DNA of 64,000 nt from the human T2T-CHM13v2.0 reference genome, Homo sapiens. The stretch covers positions 27,264,001 through 27,328,000 of the forward strand of contig CP086569.2 in the NCBI GenBank assembly GCA_009914755.4, given 5' to 3'. Position 1 is the first letter of the stretch; each line of letters starts with the position of its first letter. The translations under genes were made by a program, and so were the position numbers. Of this stretch, positions 1-19,994 are shown piece by piece. Under the pieces are notes generated by a model, which made no database searches, had not been told where the DNA came from, and saw only the letters and a list, made by a program, of their open reading frames with translations.

Positions 1-1307
1 TTGTAGGCTGAAGTTTCAGAATCATCCAGGACCAATGATGTTAGCAGAAATGCAAAACTAGCCAAGGAGTATCGAGAGGACAAAATTGATAACTGATATT
101 GTTATTACCTTCAAAGTTTGATTGCATTGGTTAGCTTATTGTTTTTATTAAAGTCATTTTAAAGAGCATATAAAGTTCTATGCCAAAGCGTGTTTGGCCT
201 GACAAGTTGGGCTGTCACTTCCTTTTGACAAGACTCATTTTTATCAGCTTTAAATGCATGTGTCATTACTATTCTGGTTAGATAACATAATTATCCTACT
301 GCAGAATATATAATTTCAAGAGTCTTGTGGATATTTGATGCCTTTTCCTCTGAAAACAATGGAATTGTTTTCAAACCACTTTTATTTCAGTAAGATAAAT
401 GTAATCCTTCCTTTAATTGTAATGCAAAATTTAAGAGCACATTGAAATGAAAACAAAAGCTTAACACTACCTACATTTTGAAAGTTGTAAGACACTAGAT
501 AAGTTAGATTTTATGTTTCTTGTGGTACCGCATAGAAACAAAGGTCATTCAAACTAAGTTTGAATGAGAATTAAGTTTAATGGCTCACTTGCTAAACCTG
601 AGTTGCACAATTCTCACAATTCCTTAGGGATGTGGCAAGGTTATCCTTAAATGTAAAGTTTTTGCTCACTTAATGGAAAGCACTGTAGATATATAAATAA
701 CATTGTTACCTGTCTTAGTGGGTCAGTATAATAGGGGTGGTGGTACATGTGAAAATGGTGAAATTTATAGCTAGTTTTGAGGCCCTTATGACTTTTAAGA
801 GGTATTATGAGTCACTTTAACAAGTTAGTGTTTGTGACATAGTTTCAATTTCTTATGTGAAAGACGTTATTTCAATTGTAAATGTTCTTTTAATATTCTG
901 GAGAGCTACTCTTTCCTAGCCACTCAGTTTTACTGACTTTAAAAGTTGTTTACAGTTTGTTTCATGTTCAAATGTAGGGTTTTAGTAATTCCTTGGGGTG
1001 GGGGGCAGGAATGGGCAGAAGGCCATTGTCTCTAATTTTCCTTTTTCCAACTTTCACTTTCTTTTTTCTATGGATTACATGTCAAGGTGGGTGAGAAAAA
1101 TGGGGGAGATTGAGAAAAGGGAGCAATTTATTGTTTGTAGGGGAGGTACAAAGTAAAGTCACTTAAGGAATCTGTCATAAAATTTAAATATATGATGAAG
1201 CTTGTGCAAGGGGATTATAAGAACTGATTTTACTTTAACCCTCCCTGCTTTATAAAAAGATCTTGTTGATGGCAAAAAGACAAACACTTTAGCAAATTGT
1301 CCTGTAA

Positions 1308-1635
<328 letters not shown>

Positions 1636-1917
1636 TAGTTGTTTTATATTGTAGACTCTTAAATGATGTGGACTATGTGTTGTAAAATCCATACCCTGAA
1701 GTAAAATGCATTTAGATGGCCCCCACTTCCCTTTTTAACTTAAATCCTTTTTCCCCCTTGCAGTCAGTGCATTTTTATATTTGTACATACTTTGTGAGAA
1801 ATGTGTAAAGGAAATATTTTTGCATCTAATTGTTCTAACTTCCAAAGATTCTTTACTGAGTTAAAAAAACTTTTTTTTTAGTCTAAACTGAATTTTGTCT
1901 GTCTTTCCCCTACTCAG

Positions 1918-2021
1918 GCCCAGATTGCCTTCCTACAGGGAGAAAGGAAGGGCCAAGAAAATTTGAAGAAGGATCTTGTGAGGAGGATCAAAATGTTGGA
2001 GTATGCTCTTAAACAGAAAAG
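1918..2021 (+). CDS. STRN: Internal coding exon of a striatin-family gene (coiled-coil segment AQIAFLQGERKGQENLKKDLVRRIKMLEYALKQK, then 2-nt overhang AG; phase 0 in, phase 2 out)
   Basis: Polypyrimidine tract and CAG acceptor at 1915-1917 and GTAATT donor at 2022-2027. The 104-nt frame is uninterrupted. The peptide matches, from memory, the coiled-coil of striatin/SG2NA. The paralogue call (STRN vs STRN3) is uncertain. One residue (K where I recall E, in ...KQ[K/E]R) disagrees with my recollection. Confidence 0.8.
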
Positions 2022-2038
2022 GTAATTCAGTAAAATGA

Positions 2039-2352
<314 letters not shown>

Positions 2353-2766
2353 AAAATATTGGTCTCTTAAATGTTGGAATAAATTTTTCATCTTTCCTAA
2401 AATAAATTGAAATGTTAATACTGCTTGAGTTCAGGTGTGTCTGTAGTAAATATTTGTATGAATGGTTGTAATATGTTAATTTTATTATTAATAATTTAAT
2501 AATGATCAAAAAACTGATTTATATGATTTCTTAAAAATTAGCAACATTTTTTTCCTACTCTGCCTGTTCTGAAGAAGCAGATGTGCTCCCTGAACTGTTA
2601 ATACCCATTCATTTTAAAGTTGAAATAGTTTTTAATTTTTAAAGGAAGTTTCTATAATGTTTACTCCTTTTCCTGTCATTTAATATTATTCAATTTGATG
2701 TGTTTTCTTTAGAAAAAAATTGTTCTAGCTGACTATGTTAAGAGACTATGTTAAGATTCTATGTAG

Positions 2767-3076
<310 letters not shown>

Positions 3077-3651
3077 TATAGACTTTTTTTGTGTATTTTA
3101 CTCCTTTGCTGTCTTCCATTACAATCTGTCCAGAAGCTTATCTTACCTATTTTGTTAGTGTCTAAGATACTCCAGTAACTAAATTTGGGTCACAAGTAAA
3201 GGAAAATAGGTCGTGAGTGAGATTTTTGGAAGTTATATGAGTTATTTATTTGCTTTAATGAATATGCCTTGGATTTTTTTGTCAACAATCTGAGTTCATT
3301 TGTTTTAGATAACTGAGTACTTATAGGTGATATTGGAATTATCTATTTTGCTACTTTCTTGCTTTGTTTTTAATGATGCTTGTTTTGTTTTTCTCTTTTT
3401 GAAGTTGGTGAATGGGATATTTGCAATAAAATAGCATTTAGATGCAGTTAGATAAATAGATTATATTTATGAATAATGAGAAACAGATAAAATTTTATTA
3501 GAACTTATGTTCATCATCATGTAGAATCTTTAAATGGTGTAAGACATTGAAAATAGGTTGACCTCTTAGTGAAAAATACGTGTTTCTTTTCATACTTTGG
3601 GAAAGTTGATGAAAAGCTGTAGTAGGGACATGGAAAGAAAAAACATTTTTA

Positions 3652-4277
<626 letters not shown>

Positions 4278-4289
4278 TCGAGTATTTGA

Positions 4290-4583
<294 letters not shown>

Positions 4584-4855
4584 CAGAGTGGTTATTTTCA
4601 TCTGGAAGATGAAAGTAGAAAGGAGTTCAGAGTAAGAGGAGGTGTGGCTTGAATAGCATCAAATAAGAAGGTGCTTGTGAGACAGACAAGGTGCAGGAAG
4701 TAGAGAGAACATGTTTGACATGGAACAAAGCAGTTTGGTGGGTTCAGAAATTTGTAATCTTTGTGTGTGGAGAGTAGGATGTTGGTTGTGGTCCTCCTCT
4801 CAGTTGATGACCGATAATGGTAGAGGGGGCAAGAGTCAGATCATAGAGAGCCTAA

Positions 4856-5062
<207 letters not shown>

Positions 5063-6186
5063 TGATCTCAAACTAATAGAGGAGTTGCAAGAATCTAGTA
5101 TACACTTTACCCAGATTCACCAATTGAAAATGTTTTGCTATATTTGCTTTATTCTATTAGCTCTCTCTATAGGTATCATTTTTTCCCCTAAATCATTAGC
5201 TAGTTTGTCCCTAACTACCTCTGTGTATATTTCCTAAGAACAAGGACATTTCCTTATGTGATTATAGTACATTACCAAATTAAAGAAATGTAACATTGAT
5301 ATTCTGTTATCTGATATAGTCTATATTCAGATGCTCTAAAAAATGATCTTTACAGCATTTTTTTTCCTGGTCCAGGATCCAATCTGGAAATATATACTGC
5401 ATTTAGTTGTTAAGCGCTTGAAAGTTTTAAGCAAGATAGAGGATGAAATACATTTTAGAAAGATCTCCTGACCTCAGTGTGGGAGTGGACTGGAAAGATC
5501 TGTAAACACAGGCAGAAAGATTGTAATAGTCTAAGATGAGAAATGATAACACAGTAGCTGCTGAAATAGAGACACATCAACTATAAAAAAGATTAAGTAG
5601 AGTCCATGAAATCTGAAGCTTATATAAAAATTTGGAGATGGGACAGTGGGTGAGTGAGAAAGATAATTTGAGAACGACTCCCAGGTTCCTGGCTTGAAGG
5701 ACTATCTGAATTATGAGAGACTTTTAGAAGGTATCAAATGAATTAAAAAGAAGAATTAAAGAGCAGATATGTGAGGGGGACACATGATGAGAGATATATG
5801 CTTGGGAATCATCAATATTATTGTGAATGAAGTGAAAGGAGTAGTTGATAGAACAAGTATTGTGGAAACAGAAGAGAGAACTAGAAAGAGTGACAGGAAG
5901 TAGAAATATTTGAAGAGAAGGCAGAGGAAGAAGAGCCAACAAAGAAATAGAGAAAGAAGGAGGAGAGAGTAGTATTTTGGAAGTGAGTTAAAGGAGGAAG
6001 TTCAATAACTGAAGATGCTAAGTAGAGTCCAAGTAAGTTGTATACTGAAAATAGTCATTTGGAGTTGCCATTTAGAAGCTTACTGGTACCCTTACTAAAG
6101 CAGCCTCAGTAAGGCAGCAGGAACATGAGCCAGATCACAGAGGATTGAGGGCTGAGAAGGATGAAGTGGGGAGAGATGGAGTTGCT

Positions 6187-6476
6187 TATTATTATTATTA
6201 TTTTCTTTGAGACAGAGTCTTGCTCTGTCACCAGGCTGGAGTGCAGTGGCCTGATCTGCAATCTTCGCCTCCCAACTTCAAGCAATTCTAATCCCCCAGC
6301 TGAGTAGCTGGGATTACGGGCGTGCGTCACCACACCCCGCTAATTTTTGTATTTTTACTAGAGACGGGGTTTTGCAGTGTTGGCCAGGCTGGTCTCAAAC
6401 TCCTGACCTCAGGTAATCCGCCCGCCTTGGCCTCCCAAAGTGCTGGGATTACAGGCATGAACCACCATACCCGGCC
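6187..6476 (-). mobile_element. Alu SINE (antisense) with (TTA)n head
   Basis: Reverse-complement Alu ending ...caggcatgaaccaccatacccggcc. Confidence 0.92.
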
Positions 6477-6830
6477 TGTATATTCATATTGTACCTGCAA
6501 TAATACAGGGTACTGTGTTTCATGTATTACATAACGTATGTATTGCTTAAAGGATGTTTCTGTGTTCTGGAAGGTATCAGGGTAAGGTAAAAAGACCAAC
6601 GCCTTTTTAAATTGTACCAACCTGAGTACCAGCTCTTTCCATTATTGACCATTTGCCTTTGAGGAAATTATTTGAGCACCTGGGCCTTAGTTTCCTCTTC
6701 TGCAAAATAATATCTGATATTAAGGAAATATTTGGTCTACTCTTACAACATGTTTGGATTTCATTATTTGAAGAAACTTGGATGTTCCAAGTCCTCATGG
6801 TTAAAAACTTGATTTGAAAACCCAGTATTA

Positions 6831-7021
6831 GGCTGGGCATGGTGGCTCATGCCTGTAATCATAGTTACTTGGGAGACTGAGGCAGGAGACTCACTTGAAC
6901 CCAGGAGGCAGAGGTTGCAGCCAAAATTGCACCACTGCACTCTAGCCAGGGTGACAGAGTGAAACTCTGTCTCAAGAAATAAATAAATAAATAAATAAAT
7001 AAGGAAGAAAGAAAAAAAAAA
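6831..7021 (+). mobile_element. Alu SINE (sense, internal deletion) with (AAAT)n tail
   Basis: Starts ggctgggcatggtggctcatgcctgtaatc, then jumps into right-arm sequence. (AAAT)n at 6978-7003. Confidence 0.85.
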
Positions 7022-7618
7022 CAGTATTGAGGTATAATAATGTGACTTTATTCAGGAGAGTCAGCGAAGCATAGTGGTTAGAAGTTCAAGATCCTGAGTG
7101 AGTTACAGAATTGATCCCTCCAAGCCTCACTTCCTTCATCTCTAAAATGATGGGAATAATAATAATAGGACTTCCTATATGGCACTGGTGTGAGGAGTAA
7201 GTGAGGTTAACCAGTAAAGCATCATCACTGTCATCATCCCTGTTTCTACAGCAACAACATTGTGAGGGAGTTTGCTTCTGTAACTATTTTCTGTTGTATA
7301 CAGTAACATTTTATTTTTCAAAATTTTACTTTATACTAGAACATTTTAAATCTTAGAATATTAACAAGGATAGTATGTATTATCTGGGAACCCCCAAACA
7401 GGGTGGTAGGAAAGCACGAACTCATGGTATATTGACATCAACAGTGAAACACTTAAGAGCATCAAAATCATGAGTGATCAAACTCCAATGGAATTTATCT
7501 TAAATTTGACCTCGTTTCTGAGAAAATTTAATTTCTAAATAGCTAAATTTTCACTTTTTAATTTATGTCTTCTTTTTAAAACTCTCATTTGTGTCTCTAA
7601 TTTTTGTTTTCTTCCTAT

Positions 7619-9140
<1,522 letters not shown>

Positions 9141-10967
9141 GGCTATTTTTGATGTGCTTTCCTAGAGTAACTCTCAATTTAGAGGCTTCAGTGGTGAAAG
9201 AAGGTCAGGATGGATGTTAATCACACTTTTGTTTCTATTCTTTAGTTGGCTTAAACCTTTTCACTTCTTACATATCCTCTATGGTATCTGGAATATATCT
9301 ATAATATGAGCCAAGAAGAACAGTGAGATAAGTTCAAATTACCATAAAACCCTAAAGAAGGGCTCTGTTATTTGGGCAAGTATAGTGTGGGAGAAAATTA
9401 GGGGAAGTGTAAAGATTATTAGGTATGTGCTAACTGAAAGGTAGCAGGATCTGTTTGTTGTTTTAGATGAGATAATGGCCTGTGAACAAGAGCCTTAAAA
9501 CACTGACAGAAAAAGAAATAATAGTTTTGATAATACATAGAAGTGGAAACAACAATTAAAAGTGAAAATGACTGAATTTGGTTCAGTGCTCTACTATGCC
9601 CTTCTCAAAAAGAATTGGTCATTGCTATTAACTGCAATTCACCCTTTATTTGTTGTACCATATTTTAAAAGTATTCAATATTTAAAGCAGACACAATTAA
9701 CCTGTCACCTTATTTGATTGTGCATCATATAGAATTTCCTTCTTACGTTTAATGTTTTACTATCTCTTATGTTTTCTTTACTGTATTGTGCTTCTTTGGT
9801 TTATTAAACATATTTTAAATCATATAAATAATAATGAAAGTTTACTTGCAAAAAAAGTCAAATGGTGTAAAAGAATATTATACTTTACCCCTCATTTCTC
9901 TTCTTTTTTTCTGAAATAACCATTGTCGTTAGTTTGATATATGTTCTCTCAATCCACATTAAATGGCAGTTACACATTTATCTGCTGTTTTATTTGACTT
10001 GTATGGGACCATACTATACATATATTGTCCTGCAGTGTGCATATATATATGTATTTATATTCATTACTTAGCAGTATGTTTTGAAAGCATTTCCTTGTCA
10101 GTACACAGAGATAGACCTTACTCATTTTATAGTTCTATATGTCCCATTGTTATGAACGCAGACCATAATTTCTTTTACCATTTTCTTTTTGAATAATGGA
10201 GCTATAGTACATCATTTTCCATATGTTCTTGTGTACATGTTTGAGTACTTTCAATTCCTAGGAGGGTCAAATAATAGGTGTATTTTAAATTGCCATAAAT
10301 ACTTACAAATTCTCTTCTGAAATGATAGCCAGTTGACCCACTCCAACCAATTATGTAAAAATCCTATTTCTTCACAGCCTAACTCATACTGGATATTGTT
10401 AATCTTTCAATGTTCTGGATGAAAACTGATATCAATGGTGTTTTCATTTGCATTTCGCTGATTGATAACCAGATTACATGTCTTTTCATATGATTATTGG
10501 CTATTTGTACTTCCTCTGTGACTTAACTTTTTACATCCTTTGACTATTTCTGTTGAGATCTTTGTTAATTGTGTTTGTAGGAACTCAATATATTATGGGC
10601 TTCAATTCTTAAACTCTTACATGTGCTGGAAATATGTTTCCCTGTCTGTCTCTTTGCCTTCTTTTAAAATAATTTGACTTTAAAAATCATAGTAAGCATT
10701 TGGTTTAATATAAAAGGTGATAATATAAAGCACAAGCTTATGAAGCAGTTCTTTTTATCACCTATTAGGCCTGTTCTCAGAGCCAACGTCTTTTAATCTT
10801 TTAGATGTATTTTACTTTTTATACTTCTAAATTATATGCTTCTATCTATTTTAGATATCATCTAGTGTATATATCTTCTCCTCATCCTTCCAATATAGAT
10901 ACATCACAATTTTTTGTTAGACCTGTATTCATTGTTTATACTAATATGACTATGGACAAATGTGTGG

Positions 10968-11632
<665 letters not shown>

Positions 11633-12055
11633 ATGAGTATATTTTCTTTCCTGTTCCCCTGTTCCCACCCAAAGTTAACAATTGCTTTATTTTTTTCCTA
11701 TTTGTTTTTCCTACATTTCAAAAAATATTGGATTAACTGTTAATTCTGTTTTTTGTCCATGGGTACCAGGAGCTGTCTGTCTGTAGCTGTCATCTATACC
11801 TAGCTTTTTTGGCACAACTGTCTTCCTATCATTTTGCCCTCCTCCTGGGCCTTTTGTCTCTTCTATGTTGAATACGCTTTCTTTTTGGACCACATATTTT
11901 CTTCTCTATCTCATTTTGTTGGAGCACATGCTTTGAGATCCTCGATCTATAAAAAAATCTTTCCTCTGTCTTGTTACTTTTTTAATGGTTTACTTGAGGA
12001 TAAAATTCAAGATTGGAAATAGTTTTATTTCACATTAAGCCTTTGCTGGAAATAG

Positions 12056-12520
<465 letters not shown>

Positions 12521-12896
12521 TACTCCACTGTCTTATGTTGTTGAGAATGCTGTTGCCATTTTTTCCATTCTATCCTAGATCCATTGTATGTGATCTCTCT
12601 CTTTTTTTTTTCTTTTGGTAACTTTTAGCATCTTCTCTTCATAATATTAATAAGTTTCAGGAGGGCTATCCTTGGTAAGGGATTTTATTTGTTTACAATC
12701 ATTGTTCTAGGCATTATTAGGTAATTTTAAGTAACTTCATTTTTCAATTCTGGCTAAATTTTCTTGTTTTATTTTATAATTTCAGCCTCCCATTTTTTTT
12801 TTCTTTTTCTCCTATTGTTCTATGCTCTGGGGACATTCCTTAACTATTATCTTACAACCTCTCCATTGGGTTTTTGTTTCTGATGCCATGTTTTTA

Positions 12897-13229
<333 letters not shown>

Positions 13230-13287
13230 CCCAAAATCAAACTAACTAAATGCTTTGTTCTTCTTCTTCTTTTTAGTATTATATTTT

Positions 13288-13333
13288 TTTCCCAAAGTGT
13301 TGGGATTACAGGCGTGAGCTATTGTGCCTGGCC
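13288..13333 (-). mobile_element. Alu fragment (antisense, about 45 bp)
   Basis: cccaaagtgttgggattacaggcgtgagctattgtgcctggcc. Confidence 0.7.
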
Positions 13334-13476
13334 CAGTTCACTCTCTTGAAGGCTCTGGGCTATAAATGTCACACATCACATCTATTTAGGTTCTGCTGGT
13401 GATAATTTAAACATATGCCCATACCTAAACCAATAGGGGCTGGGAAATGTAATGTTGCTGAACAGCTGTGCACAGG

Positions 13477-13778
13477 TTTTTTTTCTTTTAAGAGGTGTGA
13501 TGTCACTCTGTCTTCCAGGCTGGAGTGCAGTGGTGTGATCACAGCTTACTGCAGCCTCAAACTCCTGGGCTCAAGTGATTGATCCTGCTGCCCCCACCCT
13601 TCCAGGTACTAAGACTACAGGTGCATGCCACAACACCTGGCTACTTTTTAAATGTTCTGTAGAGATGGGGTCTCACTTTGTTACTCAGATTGGTCTTAAA
13701 CTCCTGGCTTCAAACTATCCTCCTGCCTCAGCCTCCCAAAGTGCTGAGATAACAGACATGAGCCACCATCCCCTGCCC
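13477..13778 (-). mobile_element. Alu SINE (antisense, older AluJ/S-like)
   Basis: Poly-T, then a diverged reverse-complement Alu ending agccaccatcccctgccc. Confidence 0.85.
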
Positions 13779-14689
13779 ATGGACAGATTTTTAATTCATT
13801 TACCAAGATAAAAAGCAAGAGTAGATTTTGAGAGATAGGTATGAGTTCCTGCCAAGGAGTCTGTCACTTATGTTAGACACTTTCTTAAAATATCTACTGT
13901 TCTTTGAATGTTTATTAATACTTGAGAGGAAGGCCATGAAAAGCTGTTTGTTAGATGCATGAATGGACGGGACTAGTTAACCACTGGCTTCATTTGAGAG
14001 GAATCGGGAAGAAATCTCTTCATGTAGGGACTTCTGTAACTCCTTATTTATAATTTTTCTCACTGAGTTTCTCCAATGAGAGCTCTTCCAACCACCTGAC
14101 TTGAGGCTATAGGCTTTGGCTGTGTGCTGAGAACTGGGTGGGGGAAAAGGATTGGGGTGAGGGGGCTATCTCACCATTCAGCATACAGACTTTCACTTAA
14201 TTCTCCTCTTATAAATCCAACAACTTATTTCCTCTTTCCATTTTAATTTCTCCAAAAAGTAAACTGCCCATCTTCTTCAGGAATGGAGGAGGATACACAT
14301 CTAGAGGTACATGTGGGAGTTGGGACATGGGGGATCTAACTGTTCCCTAAACCTATTTTCAATTAATCCTCCTGTTTTTTGTTCCTTATCCCCACTCATA
14401 GCTTCAATGGTACCTGATTCCTCTCTTCTTAAGGCTTTTTGAAGCCTTTTTGCTTCTTGTCTTCCCTTTTACAGATAGTTTTAGTATCTTCTTCTCTGCT
14501 AAGTCAGTTACTACTCATTTGTGCACTTTTCATCATTTACAGTTTTACTCCCATCTCTTGTCTGTCCTTTTTCTTTTCATCTTTGTGCTTTTGTACTTTT
14601 TCCTCTTTTCTGGCCATTTGGTAGGTGTTACAAGGGAGCAGAGATTTAAGCATGGATTCGATTTGCCAGTTTTAGTCCTTGCTGCCTAT

Positions 14690-14720
14690 CGTGTGTGTGT
14701 GTGAGTGTGCATGTGTGTGT
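14690..14720. repeat. (GT)n-rich microsatellite
   Basis: gtgtgtgtgtgtgagtgtgcatgtgtgtg. Confidence 0.8.
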
Positions 14721-15024
14721 TTTGCTTTTTGTTTTTGAGACAGAGTCTCACTCTGTCACCTGGGCTGGACTGCAGTAGCACAGTCACAGTTCACCACAGC
14801 CTTGAAGTCCAGGCTTAGATGATCCTGCCACCTCAGCCTCTTAAGTATGATAGCTGGGGTGACAAGCGCATGCCACCATGCCCGATTAATTTTTTTGTAT
14901 ATTTGGTAGAGATGGGGTTTTGTCAGGTTGCCCAGGCTAGTCTTGAACTGCTGGGCTCCAGCAGTCTACCTGCCTTGGTCTCCGAAATTCCTGGAATTAC
15001 AGGCATGAGCCACTGTGCCTGGCC
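14721..15024 (-). mobile_element. Alu SINE (antisense, older)
   Basis: ttttgtttttgagacagagtctcactctgtcacc ... gagccactgtgcctggcc. Confidence 0.88.
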
Positions 15025-15504
15025 TGGCTGCTTATCTTTTAATACAATAACTTAGAATATTTAGAATATTTTTAATGAATAGAGATTTAATTTGTACATA
15101 GGTCCATAGCCTTTTTCTATTTAATCTATCTAGAACTTATTTTTGTATATAGTATATCCTCTTTATTGCTCTGTTTTTTTCCTTTGCATTATATGTGCCA
15201 GTACCACTTGGCTGTCATTCATTCATTGATTCATTCAGGAAGGATATATACATTCTGCCCTCGTGGAGCATTCTAAGTTAAAAAGACTGTTGATCTACGT
15301 TATCTTTTATTCATATAGCCAATTATACTTTTGAAAAAAATACAATGTTACCAAGATAACATTAACCATCCTTTTTACTTTCAATCTACCTATATTGTGT
15401 TTAAGGTGAATTTCTTATGAACAGCATATAGTTGGTTCATGTTTTTATATCCACTGTGCCAGTCTCTGTCTTTTAATTGGTATACTTAGATTATTTACAT
15501 TTAA

Positions 15505-15859
<355 letters not shown>

Positions 15860-15984
15860 TCTTGGCTTCTTGTCAGCTGCCTGAACATTTTTCACAGTTT
15901 CATCTTGTTTCATTTATTTATTTAAAAATATAATTTGTATAGTATTCTTGATGGTTGCGATTATTTATGAAAATATTCATTAGT

Positions 15985-16279
15985 GGCCGGGCGTGATGGC
16001 TTACGCCTGTAATCCCAGCACTTTAGGAGTCTGAGGGAGGTAGATCACCTGAGGTCAAGAGTTCGAGACCAGCCTGACCAACATGGTGAAACCCTGTCTC
16101 TACTAATAATACAAAAATTAGCCGGAGTGCTGGCAGGTGCTTGTAGTCCCAGCTACACGGGGGCCTGAGGCAGGAGATCACTTGAACCCAGGTACAGAGG
16201 TTGCAGTGAGCCTAGATGGCCCATTGCACTCTAGCCTAGAATACAAGAGTGAAACTCTCTCTCTTAAAAAAAAAAAAAA
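15985..16279 (+). mobile_element. Alu SINE (sense), first of a tandem pair
   Basis: Starts ggccgggcgtgatggcttacgcctgtaatccc and ends in poly-A. Confidence 0.93.
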
Positions 16280-16280
16280 G

Positions 16281-16592
<312 letters not shown>

Positions 16593-16621
16593 TTAAGATA
16601 CGAGAAAAGCAACAAGTGTTT

Positions 16622-16909
16622 TCTTTTTTCTTTTTTTTTTTTTGAGACAGAGTCTTGCCCAGGCTAGAGTACAGTGACACATAGCTCACTGCTGCCTTGA
16701 CCTCCTGGGCTCAAGTGATTCTCCCATTGCAGCCTCCCATGTAGCTGGAACCATAGGCTCACACCACCCTGCCTAGCTAATGTTTTTATTTGTAGGGACA
16801 GGGTCTCACCATGTTGCCCAGGCTGGTCTTGAACTCCTGGGCTCAAGCTATTCTCCTGCTCAGCCCCTCAAAGTGTTGGGATTATAGGCATGAGCCACCA
16901 TGCCTGGCC
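16622..16909 (-). mobile_element. Alu SINE (antisense)
   Basis: Poly-T, then reverse-complement Alu ending gagccaccatgcctggcc. Confidence 0.9.
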
Positions 16910-17210
16910 TACATGAAATATATGCTTATTTGGTTTTGATTTTTACACTTTTATGAGGCCAAGATGAACCCCCATTACCCCCCAAAAAGGAACATCCTAC
17001 TAGCTTCACATTAGAAATGGAATATTTACACAATATAAACAGAGAAAACTGAGATGGGGTCATTAGGAGATTTAATAAGTCAGAGTAAATCTTAAAGAGA
17101 AATAGAATGAAATATCTAAGGTAAAGGCAGAAATTAATAGAAATAGTATAATAGGATCCATAAAGTCAAACACTAATTCATTTAAAAATCTAATAAATTT
17201 CTGTCCAGAT

Positions 17211-17315
17211 TTATTTTTTAAAAAAGCTAAGTTTTAAAAAGGACCACAGTATGGCTGTCACCTTGATTACAGTCTTGTGAGACCCTGAGCAGGAGACTTT
17301 CAGAAACTGTGAGAG
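17211..17315 (+). mobile_element. MaLR LTR fragment (MLT1-like 3' end)
   Basis: ...ccttgattacagtcttgtgagaccctgagcaggag...cagaaactgtgagag, the typical 3' region of MaLR LTRs. Confidence 0.6.
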
Positions 17316-17553
<238 letters not shown>

Positions 17554-18189
17554 TCATGGGCAAATTACTCAAAACTATGTTATCAAAATAATTTTAATGA
17601 AATACTGAATAATCATTAAAGAAATTTGATTGGTATTTTAAAATCTTCCCAGAAAACAAACCCTAAACTCAGAGAAGTTTTCATGAATGTTCTACTGAAC
17701 ATTCAGGAAAAAAATAATTCCAATCTTATATAAATTATTCCAAAGCATAGAAAAAGAGGAAGCACTCCCCAATTAATCTCAATCATGAAGACAAATTTGA
17801 AAAATCCAAAGCAAGATAGTAAAGCAAATTCAGCAATGACTAGAAATCATTATCAAGTTGAGTTTGTTCCACAATGTCAGGGCCATTTAACAATGGAGGA
17901 GAAAGGTCACCCATTATCTCAAAAGATGCAGAAAAAAAAGTTTGGTAAACCTTGGTAGCCATTTATAATTTTTTAAAAAATAAATCTTAGAAAACTTGGA
18001 GTAGAAGAGAACTTTTTAAACCTGATAAGTGGCGTTTACAAAAAGCCTACAGCAAATATCTTACTTTATGCTGAAGTACTAAATGATTTCCTTTAAGATT
18101 ATAAATAAGAGCAGGATAATCACTATCATGATTTCAGCATTGTACTGGGGGCCTAGCCTATGCAGTACAGCAATAAAAAAAGTGATTAG

Positions 18190-18740
18190 GATTGGAAATC
18201 CACTCTATAGTAACCCCAAGTAAATCACAACCTCTCTTTGATTGTGGATGAGACCTGAGACATGCTTCCAACAACAGAATATGGCTAAGGTGATGGGGAT
18301 AGTCCCTTCTTTGATTGGTTCATGTTATATGGCAAAAGTAATGGAATAGTTACTCTTGTGATTATGTTATGTTATAGAAGACTGCTTGTTAGTGGACTAG
18401 AGTGCACTATCATGTTGTAAGACGGCCTATGAATGAGCCACCTGGCAAGAAACCCTGGGGACCACTAGGAGCTGATGGAAACCCTCAGCTGACAGCCAGA
18501 ACAAGGCAGGGACCTCCATCCTATGGCTTCAGGTAAGGGAATCCTGCCAACAACCACCTGAGCTTAGAAGAGGACACTAAGTTTTAAAAAGGACCACAGT
18601 CTGGCTGTCACCTTGATTACAGCCTTGTGAGACCCTGAGCAGGAGACTCTCAGAAACTGTGAGAAAATAAGTGCATGTTTTAAGCCACGAAGTGTGAGGT
18701 TATTCATTATGCACCAGTAGACAGCTAATAAAGGAAGAAA
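18190..18740 (+). mobile_element. MaLR LTR (MLT1-like)
   Basis: ...ccttgattacagccttgtgagaccctgagcaggag...gaaactgtgagaaaataagtgcatgttttaagccac..., the canonical MLT1/MST LTR terminus. Confidence 0.65.
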
Positions 18741-19001
18741 GAAACCTGTTATTAGAGACTAGATTACATAGAAAACAAAAGAATCTATGGCTAAATCATA
18801 AGAATTAACAGCATTTATTTGGCACTTTTGCAGTTGCATTTCTATATGCTAGCAACAAACGTAAAACATAATTTATAAAAAGTTAACATTTACAGTAGCA
18901 TCAAAAATATAAATAAATAAAATCTTAAAATATATGCAAGAAGATTTTGAGTAAGATGTTTTAAAACTTTAATGAAACACAGATTAGTAATAAAAATAAT
19001 A

Positions 19002-19320
19002 AAGAGATATAGGCTAGGCGCAGTGATTCATGACTGTAATCCCAGCACTTTGGAAAGCTGAAGCCGACAGATCACCTGAGGTCAAGAGTTCGAGACCAGA
19101 CTGGCCAACATGGCGAAACCCCATCTCTACTAAAAATACAAAAGTTAGTTGGGTGTGGTGGCACATGCCTGTAGTCACAGCTACTTGAGAAGCTGGGGTG
19201 GGAGGATCGCTTGAACCTGGGAGGTTGAGGTTGCAATGAGCTGAGATTATGCCGCCACTTCACTGCAGCCTGCGAGACAGAGCTAGACTTTGTCTCAAAA
19301 ATAATAATAATAATAATAAA
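19002..19320 (+). mobile_element. Alu SINE (sense) with (TAA)n tail
   Basis: Starts ggctaggcgcagtgattcatgactgtaatccc and ends ...aataataataataataaa. Confidence 0.92.
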
Positions 19321-19337
19321 GAGATTTAATTGGGTAG

Positions 19338-19742
<405 letters not shown>

Positions 19743-19994
19743 TAGGATTTGTCATGGAACTTCATAAATGTATTGTGAAATCATCATAGGGAGAAGCAAA
19801 GAACCAAGAAGAGCCAAAATACTCTTGAAAAAGAGGACGAGGTGAGAGAGTTGCCCTAATTTGAAAGCTTTCGAGATTTATTATAAAGCTATAGTAATTA
19901 GAAATGATACACACAGATAGTTAAATGGACTGGTGGAAAAGAATAGAGAACACAGAAATAGAACATTAGTATATGGAAATTTTACACGTGGTAA

